Of a stretch of 46,737 nt of DNA, positions 31,365 through 40,300 are shown one piece after another; position 1 is the stretch's first letter, and each line of letters starts with the position of its first letter. Where the stretch lies: NCBI GenBank assembly GCA_046566325.1, contig JBKHWX010000094.1, forward strand, positions 1-46,737. The letters are read 5' to 3'. The stretch is from Actinomycetes bacterium (GTDB taxonomy: Bacteria; Actinomycetota; Actinomycetes; Actinomycetales; BWSM-131). Position numbers and translations under genes: made by a program. The notes beneath the pieces are model-generated. The model saw nothing but the letters and a program-made list of their open reading frames with translations, ran no database searches and was not told the DNA's origin.

Positions 31365-32980
31365 GAGGTGCTCCTCGTGTCGTCGCGGTGCTGGGTGTCG
31401 TCGGGGTGCTGGGCGTCGTCGGGGCGCTGGGCGTCGTCGGCGCGCTGGGCGTCGTCCACGTGCCGGCGCGGCGCGACAGGCGACGGTCTCGGGGCCGCCG
31501 GCACCCACGGCAGCCAGACCGTGATGTGCGTCGGGCCTCCGCGCGGCGAGTCCACGGACAGCCGGCCGTCCACGGCCGCGACCCGGTGCTGCAGGCCGAT
31601 CAGGCCCGTGCCCCCGCCGAGGCGGGCGCCGCCCGCGCCGTTGTCGCTCACCGTCACGACGAGACCGCCTCCTTCGGCGCGGACCCGCACGTCGGCCCGC
31701 GAGGCTCGCGAGTGCTTCGCCACGTTGGTCAGCGCCTCCGAGACGCTGAAGTACGCGATGGCCTCGAGGGTCGGCGACGGCCGGGCCGGCAGTGCGACGG
31801 CCACCCCCACGGGGATCGGCGAGCGCGCGGCGAGCGCCGAGAGCGCGGCGTCGAGGCCTCGGTCGGTCAGGACGGGTGGGTGGATGCCCCGTGCGACCTG
31901 GCGCATCTCCGTGATGGCCTCCTTCGAGGCCTGGTGCGCCTTGTCGATCAGCTGCCGCGCGCCGTCCGGGTCGGTATCCATCCGCTGGCGCGCCATCCCG
32001 AGGTCCATCGCGATGGCCACGAGGCGCTGCTGCGGGCCGTCGTGCAGGTCGCGCTCGATCCGGCGGCGCTCGAGCTCGACGGAGTCGAGGGTCCGCTCGC
32101 GCGTCTCGGTCAGCGCGACCACCCGCTGGGACAGGGCGTTCACCTGCTCGCTCTGCTCGGACCCGAGCAGGATCCGGACGAGGCCGACGTCCACCCTCGC
32201 GAGGGCGTAGCTGACCAGGGGGACGACGGCGAGCAGCACCAGCCAGCCCGAGACCGAGAGCCACACGAGGGCGGAGCCTGCGAAGTCGATCCCGAACGGC
32301 AGCGCGAGGACGTCGTTCGACGGCAGCGCCCACGCGTACGCGGGGAGCAGCGCCGCGGCGACCGCCGCCGAGGCGCCGGCGAGCACCGCCGTGCCGGCGA
32401 GCAGCCCCCACAGCGACACGAGAAAGAGGTAGAGCAAGGACTTCCACGGCCGGCCGTTGAAGACGAACCGCCGCCACACGGACGTCGTGCCCGGGGGCGG
32501 GAGCGGGGCGGGCACGTCCACCCCGACGAACGCGGCGAGCCGTGCGCGCTCGAACGCGGCCAGGGCGAACGCGACCACCGCGGCGAGGGCGAGCAGCAGC
32601 AGGCCGACACCGAGGACGGGGGTCAGGGCCACGCCGAGGACGGCCAGCCCGACCACCATGAGGTACACGACGCCCCCGAGCAGCAGGTCGAGCACCAGCT
32701 GCGCGAAGGCGCCGCAGCCGTAGGCGTAGCGCATGAGGAGCGGGGGCGGGGACGACGGCGTGTCCGCCGTCTCGCGCCGGATGGCTGTATCGGCAGGTGC
32801 CTGTGGCGGCGGGGGCAAGGAGCCGGGCCCGTCTGCTGGGCGCGGGAGGGTCGAGGAGCTCACATCGGCAACCGTAGGTGGAGGCGCCGACGGCTCCGAT
32901 CCGGCGACCTGCCGAGGTCGTTCGGGGGTTCTCCCCACCTGAGAGGGGGGCTGCCTACAGTGGGCCGATGGCACCGACAC
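31361..32980 (-). CDS. Sensor histidine kinase (HisKA_3/LiaS-DesK type) with a polytopic membrane sensor domain
   Basis: The H-box is 'ERRRIERDLHDGPQQRLVA', with 'EALTNVAKHS', 'DNGAGG' and 'GTGLIGLQHRV', and 5-6 N-terminal TM segments. The start is uncertain. GTG 32980 has GGAGG 5 nt upstream but overlaps the idi start. Alternatives are GTG 32863 and ATG 32734. Confidence 0.9.
   Translation of the reverse strand: MSVPSAHCRQPPSQVGRTPERPRQVAGSEPSAPPPTVADVSSSTLPRPADGPGSLPPPPQAPADTAIRRETADTPSSPPPLLMRYAYGCGAFAQLVLDLLLGGVVYLMVVGLAVLGVALTPVLGVGLLLLALAAVVAFALAAFERARLAAFVGVDVPAPLPPPGTTSVWRRFVFNGRPWKSLLYLFLVSLWGLLAGTAVLAGASAAVAAALLPAYAWALPSNDVLALPFGIDFAGSALVWLSVSGWLVLLAVVPLVSYALARVDVGLVRILLGSEQSEQVNALSQRVVALTETRERTLDSVELERRRIERDLHDGPQQRLVAIAMDLGMARQRMDTDPDGARQLIDKAHQASKEAITEMRQVARGIHPPVLTDRGLDAALSALAARSPIPVGVAVALPARPSPTLEAIAYFSVSEALTNVAKHSRASRADVRVRAEGGGLVVTVSDNGAGGARLGGGTGLIGLQHRVAAVDGRLSVDSPRGGPTHITVWLPWVPAAPRPSPVAPRRHVDDAQRADDAQRPDDAQHPDDTQHRDDTRSTS
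31385..31456 (-). repeat. In-frame tandem repeat, 4 x 18 bp plus a degenerate fifth unit, encoding DDAQRA/DDAQRP/DDAQHP/DDTQHR at the kinase C-terminus
   Basis: On the minus strand the units are gacgacgcccagcgcgcc, gacgacgcccagcgcccc, gacgacgcccagcacccc and gacgacacccagcaccgc. A partial unit follows at 31367-31384. Confidence 0.9.
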
Positions 32981-33615
32981 CCTCGCCTCCGCCGTCGTCG
33001 CGTACGTCGGCTCCCGCCTCCGCGACCGACCACCCCGGCACCGGAGAGCACTCCCCGGGTACCGGCGCGGTCGAGCAGGTGGTGCTGCTGGGGGACGACG
33101 CCCAGCCCGTCGGGGTCGCCGACAAGGCGACGGTGCACGGCACCGACACCCCGCTGCACCTCGCCTTCTCGTGCTACATCAGCGACAGCAGCGGGCGCGT
33201 GCTCGTGACCCGCCGCGCCCTCGCCAAGAAGACCTGGCCGGGCGTGTGGACCAACGCCTGCTGCGGGCACCCGGGGCCGGGCGAGCGGATCGAGGACGCC
33301 GTGCGGCGCCGGGCGCGGCAGGAGCTCGGCCTGGAGCTGGGGGACGTCGTCCCCGTGCTGCCGGAGTTCCGGTACCGCGCCACCGACGCCGGCGGCGTGG
33401 TGGAGAACGAGGTGTGTCCCGTCTTCGCCGCCCCCGCCGACGGGACGGTGGACCCGGACGGCTCCGAGGTCGAGGAGTACGCCTGGGCGGCGTGGGACGA
33501 CCTCGTCGCGACCTCGCGGACCGCCCCGTGGGCGCTCAGTCCCTGGTCGGTGCTCCAGCTGGAGGCGCTGGCGACGCAGGGCTGGCGACCTGGGGCGGCC
33601 GCCGCAGGGGCGTGA
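32968..33615 (+). CDS. idi: Isopentenyl-diphosphate delta-isomerase, type 1
   Basis: 'LHLAFSCYI', 'WPGVWTNACCGHP' (catalytic Cys) and 'ENEVCPVF' (catalytic Glu region) are present. The start is ATG 32968, with a long Pro/Ser-rich N-terminus, so the start is not certain. Confidence 0.88.
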   Translation: MAPTPSPPPSSRTSAPASATDHPGTGEHSPGTGAVEQVVLLGDDAQPVGVADKATVHGTDTPLHLAFSCYISDSSGRVLVTRRALAKKTWPGVWTNACCGHPGPGERIEDAVRRRARQELGLELGDVVPVLPEFRYRATDAGGVVENEVCPVFAAPADGTVDPDGSEVEEYAWAAWDDLVATSRTAPWALSPWSVLQLEALATQGWRPGAAAAGA

Positions 33616-33947
33616 CCGGGCGGACGTCCCGCCCCGGCCCCCCGCCGCCGCCCTCCTTCGACGACCTCGCGGAGGCGGTGCTGGACGTCGTCTCGCGCAT
33701 CCCGCCGGGCCGCGTCCTCAGCTACGGCGACGTGGCCGAGTACCTCGGCGAGGCGGGGCCGCGGACGGTGGGTCGGGTGATGTCGACGCGAGGCTCCGGT
33801 GTGCCGTGGTGGCGGGTGCTGCGCGCGGACGGGTCCGTCGTCCCGGAGCTGCGCGAGCGAGCCTTCGCCCACTACCGGGAGGAAGGCACGCCGCTGCGGT
33901 CGGACGGCGAGCGGGTGGACATGCGCCGCGCGAGGTGGAGCGGCTGA
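33612..33947 (+). CDS. MGMT-family DNA-binding protein lacking the acceptor cysteine (alkyltransferase-like, ATL)
   Basis: 'IPPGRVLSYGDVAEYLG...PRTVGRVM...VPWWRVLRADGS' matches the O6-alkylguanine transferase DNA-binding domain. PWWRV stands in place of the catalytic PCHRV. GTG 33612 overlaps the idi stop (GTGA). Confidence 0.8.
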   Translation: MTGRTSRPGPPPPPSFDDLAEAVLDVVSRIPPGRVLSYGDVAEYLGEAGPRTVGRVMSTRGSGVPWWRVLRADGSVVPELRERAFAHYREEGTPLRSDGERVDMRRARWSG

Positions 33948-34040
33948 GCGCTGGTCGCCGGCCGTCGAGGTGACGGCGGCCCGGGGCGGCGGCAGGCTCC
34001 GCGCCAGAGCACTGTCGGACCCCTGTGGTGGACTCCGACC

Positions 34041-37000
34041 GTGACATCGCTCGCCCGCTCCACCCGTCCCGGCTCCGGGGATCGGAACGACGTCGGAGAC
34101 CCCGCGGTCCCGCGGCTCGTGCGGTCCTCCCGGCCGTTCCGACCCGTCGACCTCGACCCGACACAACAGCGCGTCGTGGCGCTCCGGCGGGGGACCGGAC
34201 CCGTCGTCGTGCTGGGGGCCCCCGGTACCGGCAAGACCTCGGTCCTCGTCGAGTCGGTGGTCGCACGCGTGAGCCGCGACGGCGTCGACCCCAGCCGCCT
34301 GCTCGTCCTCTGCGCCTCCCGCCGGGCCGCAGCCGAGCTGCGCGACCGGGTGACCTCCCGGCTGGAGCGCACCGTGGTGGAGCCGCTCTCGAGGACCCCT
34401 CACTCGTACGCCTTCTCGCTGCTCAGCAGGGCCGCTGTCTCGATGGGCGAGCCGGCGCCCCGGCTGATGTCCGGTCCGGAGCAGGACCGCATGCTGGCGG
34501 ACCTGCTCTCGGGCCACGCCGACGGCGTAGGCCGTCGCCCCGACTGGCCGGCGTCCGTGCTGCCCGCGCTCGGGCTTCGCGGCTTCCGCGACGAGCTGCG
34601 GGACCTGTTGATGCGCGCCCTGGAGCACGGGCTCGGTCCTCGGGACCTGGCCGAGCTGGGACGGCGACACGCGCGGCCCGAGTGGGTGGCGGCGTCCGTC
34701 GTGCTTCGCGAGTACCTGGAGGTGACCGCTCTCGCGACCCCCGGCGCCTACGACCCGGCGGCGATCCTCGGGACGGCGGCGGACGTGCTGGAGGCCGACG
34801 ACGAGCTGCTGCGGGCCGAGCGGGAGCGCTGGGAGCTCGTCGCCGTCGACGACCACCACGAGTCCGGTCAGGCGGTCGCGCGGCTGCTCGACCTCCTCGT
34901 CGGCGGCGGCAAGGACCTGCTCGTGACCGGCGACCCCGACTCCAGCACGCAGACCTTCCGGGGTGCCGACCCCGGCCTCGTCGTGGCCGCCGCGGACCGT
35001 TACCGCCGCTCCGACGGGGCGCCGGCCGTCGTCGTCCGCCTGGGGATGCGGTGGCGGGCGAGCGCGCAGGTCGAGCGCGTCACGCGTCGTGTCGCCGAGA
35101 CTGTCGGCGCGCTCGGCGAGGTGGGGCACCGGGCCGCACGGCCGGCCGGTTCGGCCGGTTCGGCCGGTTCAGCCGGTTCAGCCGGGTCGGCCGGGTCGGC
35201 CGGGGACGGACGTCGGGACGGCGGACCTGCGGAAGACGGCGACGTCACGTCGGCGGTGCTGCGGTCGGCCAGCCAGGAGGCGTCCTACGTCGCCGCGGTG
35301 ATCCGACACGCCCACCTGATCGAGGGCATGCCCTGGTCGCAGATGGCCGTGCTCGTCCGCACGACCGGACGCACCCGAGCCCTGCGTCGCGCCCTGGCCG
35401 CCGCCGGGGTCCCGCTGACACTGCCTCCGGCGGACGTGCCCCTGCGCGACGAGGCCGCCGTCCGGCCTCTCCGGCTCGCGCTGCGAACGGCACTGGACCC
35501 GTCGGCGCTGGACGCGGACAGCGCCGTCGACCTGCTGTCCTCGCCGCTCGGCGGCGGGGACGCGCTCGCCGTCAGGCGGTTGCGCCAGGCGCTGCGTGCC
35601 CGGGACCGGGCGACGGCCGGAGCAAGGTCGAGCGACGCCCTGCTCGTCGAGGCGCTGGGCGACGCGCGCCGGCTCGAGCCGCTCCCTCCGGCGACACGGC
35701 AGCCGGCGGCCCGCGTCGCCGGCGTCATCGCCGCGGCACGGGAGGCGGCCGTGCAGCCGGCGGCGACCGGGGAGAGCGTGCTGTGGGCCCTGTGGTCGGC
35801 CACCGGCCTGGCCGAGACGTGGCGGCGCCAGGCGCTCGCCGGCGGCGCCACCGGCCGGCGGGCGGACCGCAACCTGGACGCTGTGGTCGCCCTGTTCGAC
35901 GCGGCGGCGCGCTTCGCGGACCGGCTGCCGGCCGCGGGACCGCAGGGGTTCCTCGAGCACCTGGAGGCCCAGGACGTGCCGGCGGACACGCTCGCCGAGG
36001 CCGCACCCGACGGCGAGGCGGTCTGCCTCCTGACTCCCCAGACCGCAGCGGGCCGGGAGTGGGACCTCGTCGTGCTCGTCGGCCTGCAGGAGGGGGTGTG
36101 GCCCGACCTGCGCCTTCGGGGGTCCCTGCTCGGGGCTTCGGCGCTGGCGGACCTGCTGACCGGTCGAGGTGTGGCCGCCGGCGCTCTCGCCGGGGCTCGT
36201 CGCCAGGTGCTCGCGGACGAGCGCCGCCTGCTCCACGTGGCCGTCAGCCGCGCGCGACACCGGCTCGTCGCCACCGCCGTGCGGAACGCGGACGAGCTGC
36301 CGTCGTCCTTCCTCGACCTCGTCGACCCGCTGCCGGACGACGGCAGCGGTCACGGCGGCGACGGGGAGCGGCGCTTCGCACACGTCCCCCGGATGGTGAG
36401 CCTGCCCGCTCTCGTCGCCGAGCTGAGACAGGTCCTTCTGACTGCGGAAGGGGTGGCAGACGCAACCGGCCGGCCCGTCACCGCTTCCCGACGGGCGGAG
36501 GCCGCTCGGCAGCTCGCGCGCCTCGCTGCCGCCGGAGTTCCCGGAGCCCATCCCGACGACTGGTACGGCCTGCCCGGCATCTCCGACGCCGGCCCGCTCC
36601 GGGAGGAGGAGGCTCCCGTGCGCGTCTCCCCGTCCAGGGTGGAGGCGTTCGGCCGCTGCCCCCTGCGCTGGCTGCTCGAGGCGTCGGGAGGCACGCCCGG
36701 CGACAGCACCGCCCAGACGGTCGGCAACCTCGTGCACGAGATCGCCGCCGAGGCCCCGTCGGGAACCGTGGAGCAGCTGACCGAGAAGCTGGAGCAGCGG
36801 TGGCACCGCCTCGGCCTGCCGGACACGTGGGTGAGCGCCCGCGAACGGGCCCGGGCCGAGGCGATGCTGCGGCGGCTGGCCGCGTACATCGCGGCCAACA
36901 CGAGGCATCTCGTGGCCGTCGAGCAGGACTTCTCGGTCGACCTCGGCCGGGCGGAGCTTCGCGGCCGCGTCGACCGGCTGGAGCGGGACGCCGACGGCCG

Positions 37001-37364
37001 CCTCGTCGTCGTCGACCTGAAGACCGGGTCGACGAGGCCGACCAAGGGGGAGGTCGCCGAGCACGCGCAGCTGGGCACCTACCAGGCGGCGGTCGAGGCC
37101 GGAGCCTTCCGGCAGTCCGGAACGGAAAGCGGCGGCGCCGCCCTCGTGCAGGTCGGCGGCACCAGCAAGAGGTACGGCGAGCAGCGACAGGAGGCCCTGT
37201 CCAGCAGCGACGACCCAGGGTGGGCGCTGCGCCGAGTCCTGGAGGTGGCGGACGGGATGGCGGGTGCGGCGTTCGAGGCCGTGGCGGGAGACCTCTGCAG
37301 GACGTGCCCGGTGCAGGCTGTCTGTCCGCTGCAGCCGACGGGTCGGCAGGTGGGGGAGCAGTGA
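34041..37364 (+). CDS. adnA: AdnA-like helicase-nuclease subunit (UvrD-like motor plus RecB-type nuclease)
   Basis: Walker A is 'LGAPGTGKTS'. The C-terminal PD-(D/E)XK module is 'GNLVHEI...RVDRLERDADGRLVVVDLKTGS...QLGTYQ', with a Cys cluster (FGRCP...CRTCPVQAVCP). The gene is immediately followed by, and overlaps, the adnB start. Confidence 0.88.
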   Translation: MTSLARSTRPGSGDRNDVGDPAVPRLVRSSRPFRPVDLDPTQQRVVALRRGTGPVVVLGAPGTGKTSVLVESVVARVSRDGVDPSRLLVLCASRRAAAELRDRVTSRLERTVVEPLSRTPHSYAFSLLSRAAVSMGEPAPRLMSGPEQDRMLADLLSGHADGVGRRPDWPASVLPALGLRGFRDELRDLLMRALEHGLGPRDLAELGRRHARPEWVAASVVLREYLEVTALATPGAYDPAAILGTAADVLEADDELLRAERERWELVAVDDHHESGQAVARLLDLLVGGGKDLLVTGDPDSSTQTFRGADPGLVVAAADRYRRSDGAPAVVVRLGMRWRASAQVERVTRRVAETVGALGEVGHRAARPAGSAGSAGSAGSAGSAGSAGDGRRDGGPAEDGDVTSAVLRSASQEASYVAAVIRHAHLIEGMPWSQMAVLVRTTGRTRALRRALAAAGVPLTLPPADVPLRDEAAVRPLRLALRTALDPSALDADSAVDLLSSPLGGGDALAVRRLRQALRARDRATAGARSSDALLVEALGDARRLEPLPPATRQPAARVAGVIAAAREAAVQPAATGESVLWALWSATGLAETWRRQALAGGATGRRADRNLDAVVALFDAAARFADRLPAAGPQGFLEHLEAQDVPADTLAEAAPDGEAVCLLTPQTAAGREWDLVVLVGLQEGVWPDLRLRGSLLGASALADLLTGRGVAAGALAGARRQVLADERRLLHVAVSRARHRLVATAVRNADELPSSFLDLVDPLPDDGSGHGGDGERRFAHVPRMVSLPALVAELRQVLLTAEGVADATGRPVTASRRAEAARQLARLAAAGVPGAHPDDWYGLPGISDAGPLREEEAPVRVSPSRVEAFGRCPLRWLLEASGGTPGDSTAQTVGNLVHEIAAEAPSGTVEQLTEKLEQRWHRLGLPDTWVSARERARAEAMLRRLAAYIAANTRHLVAVEQDFSVDLGRAELRGRVDRLERDADGRLVVVDLKTGSTRPTKGEVAEHAQLGTYQAAVEAGAFRQSGTESGGAALVQVGGTSKRYGEQRQEALSSSDDPGWALRRVLEVADGMAGAAFEAVAGDLCRTCPVQAVCPLQPTGRQVGEQ
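35145..35198 (+). repeat. In-frame tandem repeat, 6 x 9 bp, encoding (AGS)6 in AdnA
   Basis: The units are gccggttcg x2, gccggttca x2 and gccgggtcg x2, read directly. The translation is PAGSAGSAGSAGSAGSAGSAGDG. Confidence 0.92.
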
Positions 37365-40300
37365 GCGCGACGGAGCAGGTCCTGCCGCGGGCGTCGGCGC
37401 CGGGAGGCCCGCAGGCGCAGCGCTCCCCGCTCAGCGCGGCAGACATCGCAGCCCGGCTCGGCCAGCATCCCCCCACCCACGAGCAAGCGCGGGTGATCGA
37501 GGCCCCGATGGGTCCGCTGCTCGTGGTGGCGGGAGCCGGTTCGGGAAAGACCGAGACGATGGCGGCTCGCGTCGTCTGGCTCGTCGCCACGGGGCTCGTC
37601 GCGGCGGACCGGGTGCTGGGGCTCACGTTCACGCGCAAGGCCGCGGGCGAGCTCGCGGACCGTGTGCGGTCCCGCCTGCGGCAGCTGCGTGCCGTGGGAG
37701 GACTGCCGTGGCTGCAGGACGGCACGGGGGAGCCGGGCGAGCCGACGGTGGCGACCTACCACTCGTACGCGGCGTCCCTCGTCGCCGACCACGGCCTGCG
37801 GCTCGGCGTCGAGCCCGGCTCACGCCTCCTCGGGGAGGCGGCGAGCTGGCAGCTGGCGCAGCAGGTCGTGGAGGGATGGGGACCCGAGCTCGTCGCGGCC
37901 GGGAGGGCGCCGTCCACCGTCGTGGAGGGCCTCGTCGCCCTGTCCGCGGAGTGCGCCGAGCACCTCGCGGACCCGCAGCAGCTGGGGAGGTACCTGGACC
38001 GGGTCCTGGCAGCCGCGGCGGCGCTTCCGAAGGACGACCGCGGCGGGGACGCCTGCCCGCCGCGGCCCAACAGCGCGGGCGGCAAGGTGGTCGCCGCCCT
38101 CGCGGCGCGTCGGCGCCTCGTCCCCCTGCTCCTGGAGTACACGCGCCGCAAGCGCGAGCTGGAGGCCCTCGACTTCGGCGACCAGGTGGCGTTGGCCGCC
38201 CGGCTGGCGCGCGACGTCCCCGCGGTCGCGGCGGCCGAGCGCGCCCGCTTCGACGTCGTGCTCCTCGACGAGTACCAGGACACGAGCCACGCCCAGCTCG
38301 AGCTCCTCCGGTACCTGTTCGGGGGCGGCCACTCGGTGACGGCGGTAGGGGACCCGCACCAGTCGATCTACGGCTGGCGGGGTGCGAGCGCGGGCAACCT
38401 CGACCGCTTCCGCACCGACTTCCCTGCGCAGAACGGGACGCCTGCCGACGTGGCCTGGCTCAGCACGTCGTGGCGGAACGACGACGCGGTCCTCGACGTG
38501 GCGAACGTGCTGGCCGCGCCGCTGCACCGCGCCTCGACGGTCGGCGTCCGACCGCTGTCGGCTCGGCCGAGGTCCGGACCGGGCCGGGTGGCGGTCCGCT
38601 GGTTCCAGAGGGTGGACGACGAGGCGGACGCGGTCGCGGACGAGCTCGCCGACCGGTGGCGGGCGGAGGACGAGGACGTCATTCGGGGCAAGCCGCGCTC
38701 CACCATGGCCGTGCTCTGCCGGAAGCGCTCGCAGATGGCGGGTCTGGAGGAGGCGCTCCGGGCGCGCGGGCTCCCGGTCGAGGTCGTGGGTCTCGGCGGC
38801 CTGCTCGAGCGGCCCGAGGTCGTCGACGTCGTGTCGGTGCTGCAGGTCCTGCACGACCCCACACGCGGTGACGCGGTGGTGCGGCTGCTCACCGGCCCGA
38901 GGTGGCGGATCGGCCCCCGCGACCTGGAGACGCTGGGGGAGTGGGCCCGCCGCGTGCAGGCAGCGCGCGACCCGGCGAGGCGGGCGGGAGCGGGTGACCG
39001 GTCGCCGGCAGAGGGGGACGTCGTCGCGGAGGGGGAGGGCCCCGGACAGGGGGAGGGCCCCGGACAGGGGGAGGGTCCCGGACAGGGGGAGGGTCCCGGA
39101 CAGGGGGAGGGTCCCGGACAGGGGGAGGGTCCCGGACAGGGGGATGTCACCGCAGCGCGCGACGTCGCCGCGCCGCGGGACGTCGTAGACGAGCGCAGCA
39201 TCGTCGACGCCCTCGACGCCCTTCCTCCGACGTCCTGGCGAGGCCCGCACGGCCGCGGCTTCTCCCAAGCGGGCCACGCCCGGCTGTCCGCTCTCTCCCG
39301 GGAGCTGTCCCGGTTGCGGCGGCGCAGCGGTCTGCCGCTCCCGGAGCTGGTCACCGAGGTGGAACGGGCACTGCTGCTGGACGTCGAGCTGGCGGCCGTA
39401 CCCGGCACCTCGCCGTCCGCAGCCCGGGCGCAGCTGGACGCGTTCACCGACGTCGCCGCGTCGTTCGCGGAGTCGGCCGAGCGGCCGACCCTGGGGGCAT
39501 TCCTCTCGTGGCTCGCGGCGGCTGCGGTCCGCGAGCGGGGCCTGCCCCAGGCGGAGGAGGTGGAGGACACCGCGCTCGCGACCGACGGGGTCGAGCCGAG
39601 CCGTATGGCCGTCCAGCTGCTCACCGTGCACGCCGCCAAGGGCCTGGAGTGGGACGTCGTCGCCGTGCCGGGGCTGGTCGAGGGCAGCTTCCCGGCCGGC
39701 ACGACCTCCGGTGGCGAGGACACCGCGGCCGGGTGGCTGTCCGGCATCGGGACCCTGCCGTACGACCTTCGGGGGGACGCGTCGTCGCTGCCGGTGTTCG
39801 GCTGGCGCTCGGTCACCTCCCTCAAGCACCTGGACAACGCGGTGCAGGAGTTCAAGCTCGCCTGCGGACGGCACGAGGCGGCCGAGGAGCGCCGGCTCGC
39901 GTACGTCGCCGGAACGCGCGCCCGACACGTTCTCCTGCTGTCGGGTGCCTGGTGGCAGGACGGCAAGCAGCCCCGCGTGCCCTCCCGGTTCCTGCTCGAG
40001 GTCGCCGCCGCCTTCGGGGCGGACACCCGTGTGCTCGTCGCCGGCCTCGGCGAGAAGGACCTCGCCGCCGGCCCGAAGGACGCCGCGAACCCCCGGCTGC
40101 TCGCGCCACGCCGCGCGTCGTGGCCGTACGACCCGCTGGGGGCGCGTCGTCCGGCCGTGGAGCAGGCAGCGAGCCACGTCCTCGCCGAGCTGGACCGGCT
40201 GACGGCCGACGCCGGGACTCGTCCGGGCGACGTCGTCCGGCCGCCGCTTGCCGCGGGCGCGGGCCCCGGCCTCCACGACGACGCAGGCAGCGGCGGGCCG

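Noticed and set aside
39032-39139. A possible CRISPR array, given the regular 18-bp repeats.
   Set aside because: The units are directly abutting with no spacers and are in frame within adnB, encoding GEGPGQ. This is a coding minisatellite, not a CRISPR array. No cas genes are present in the window.
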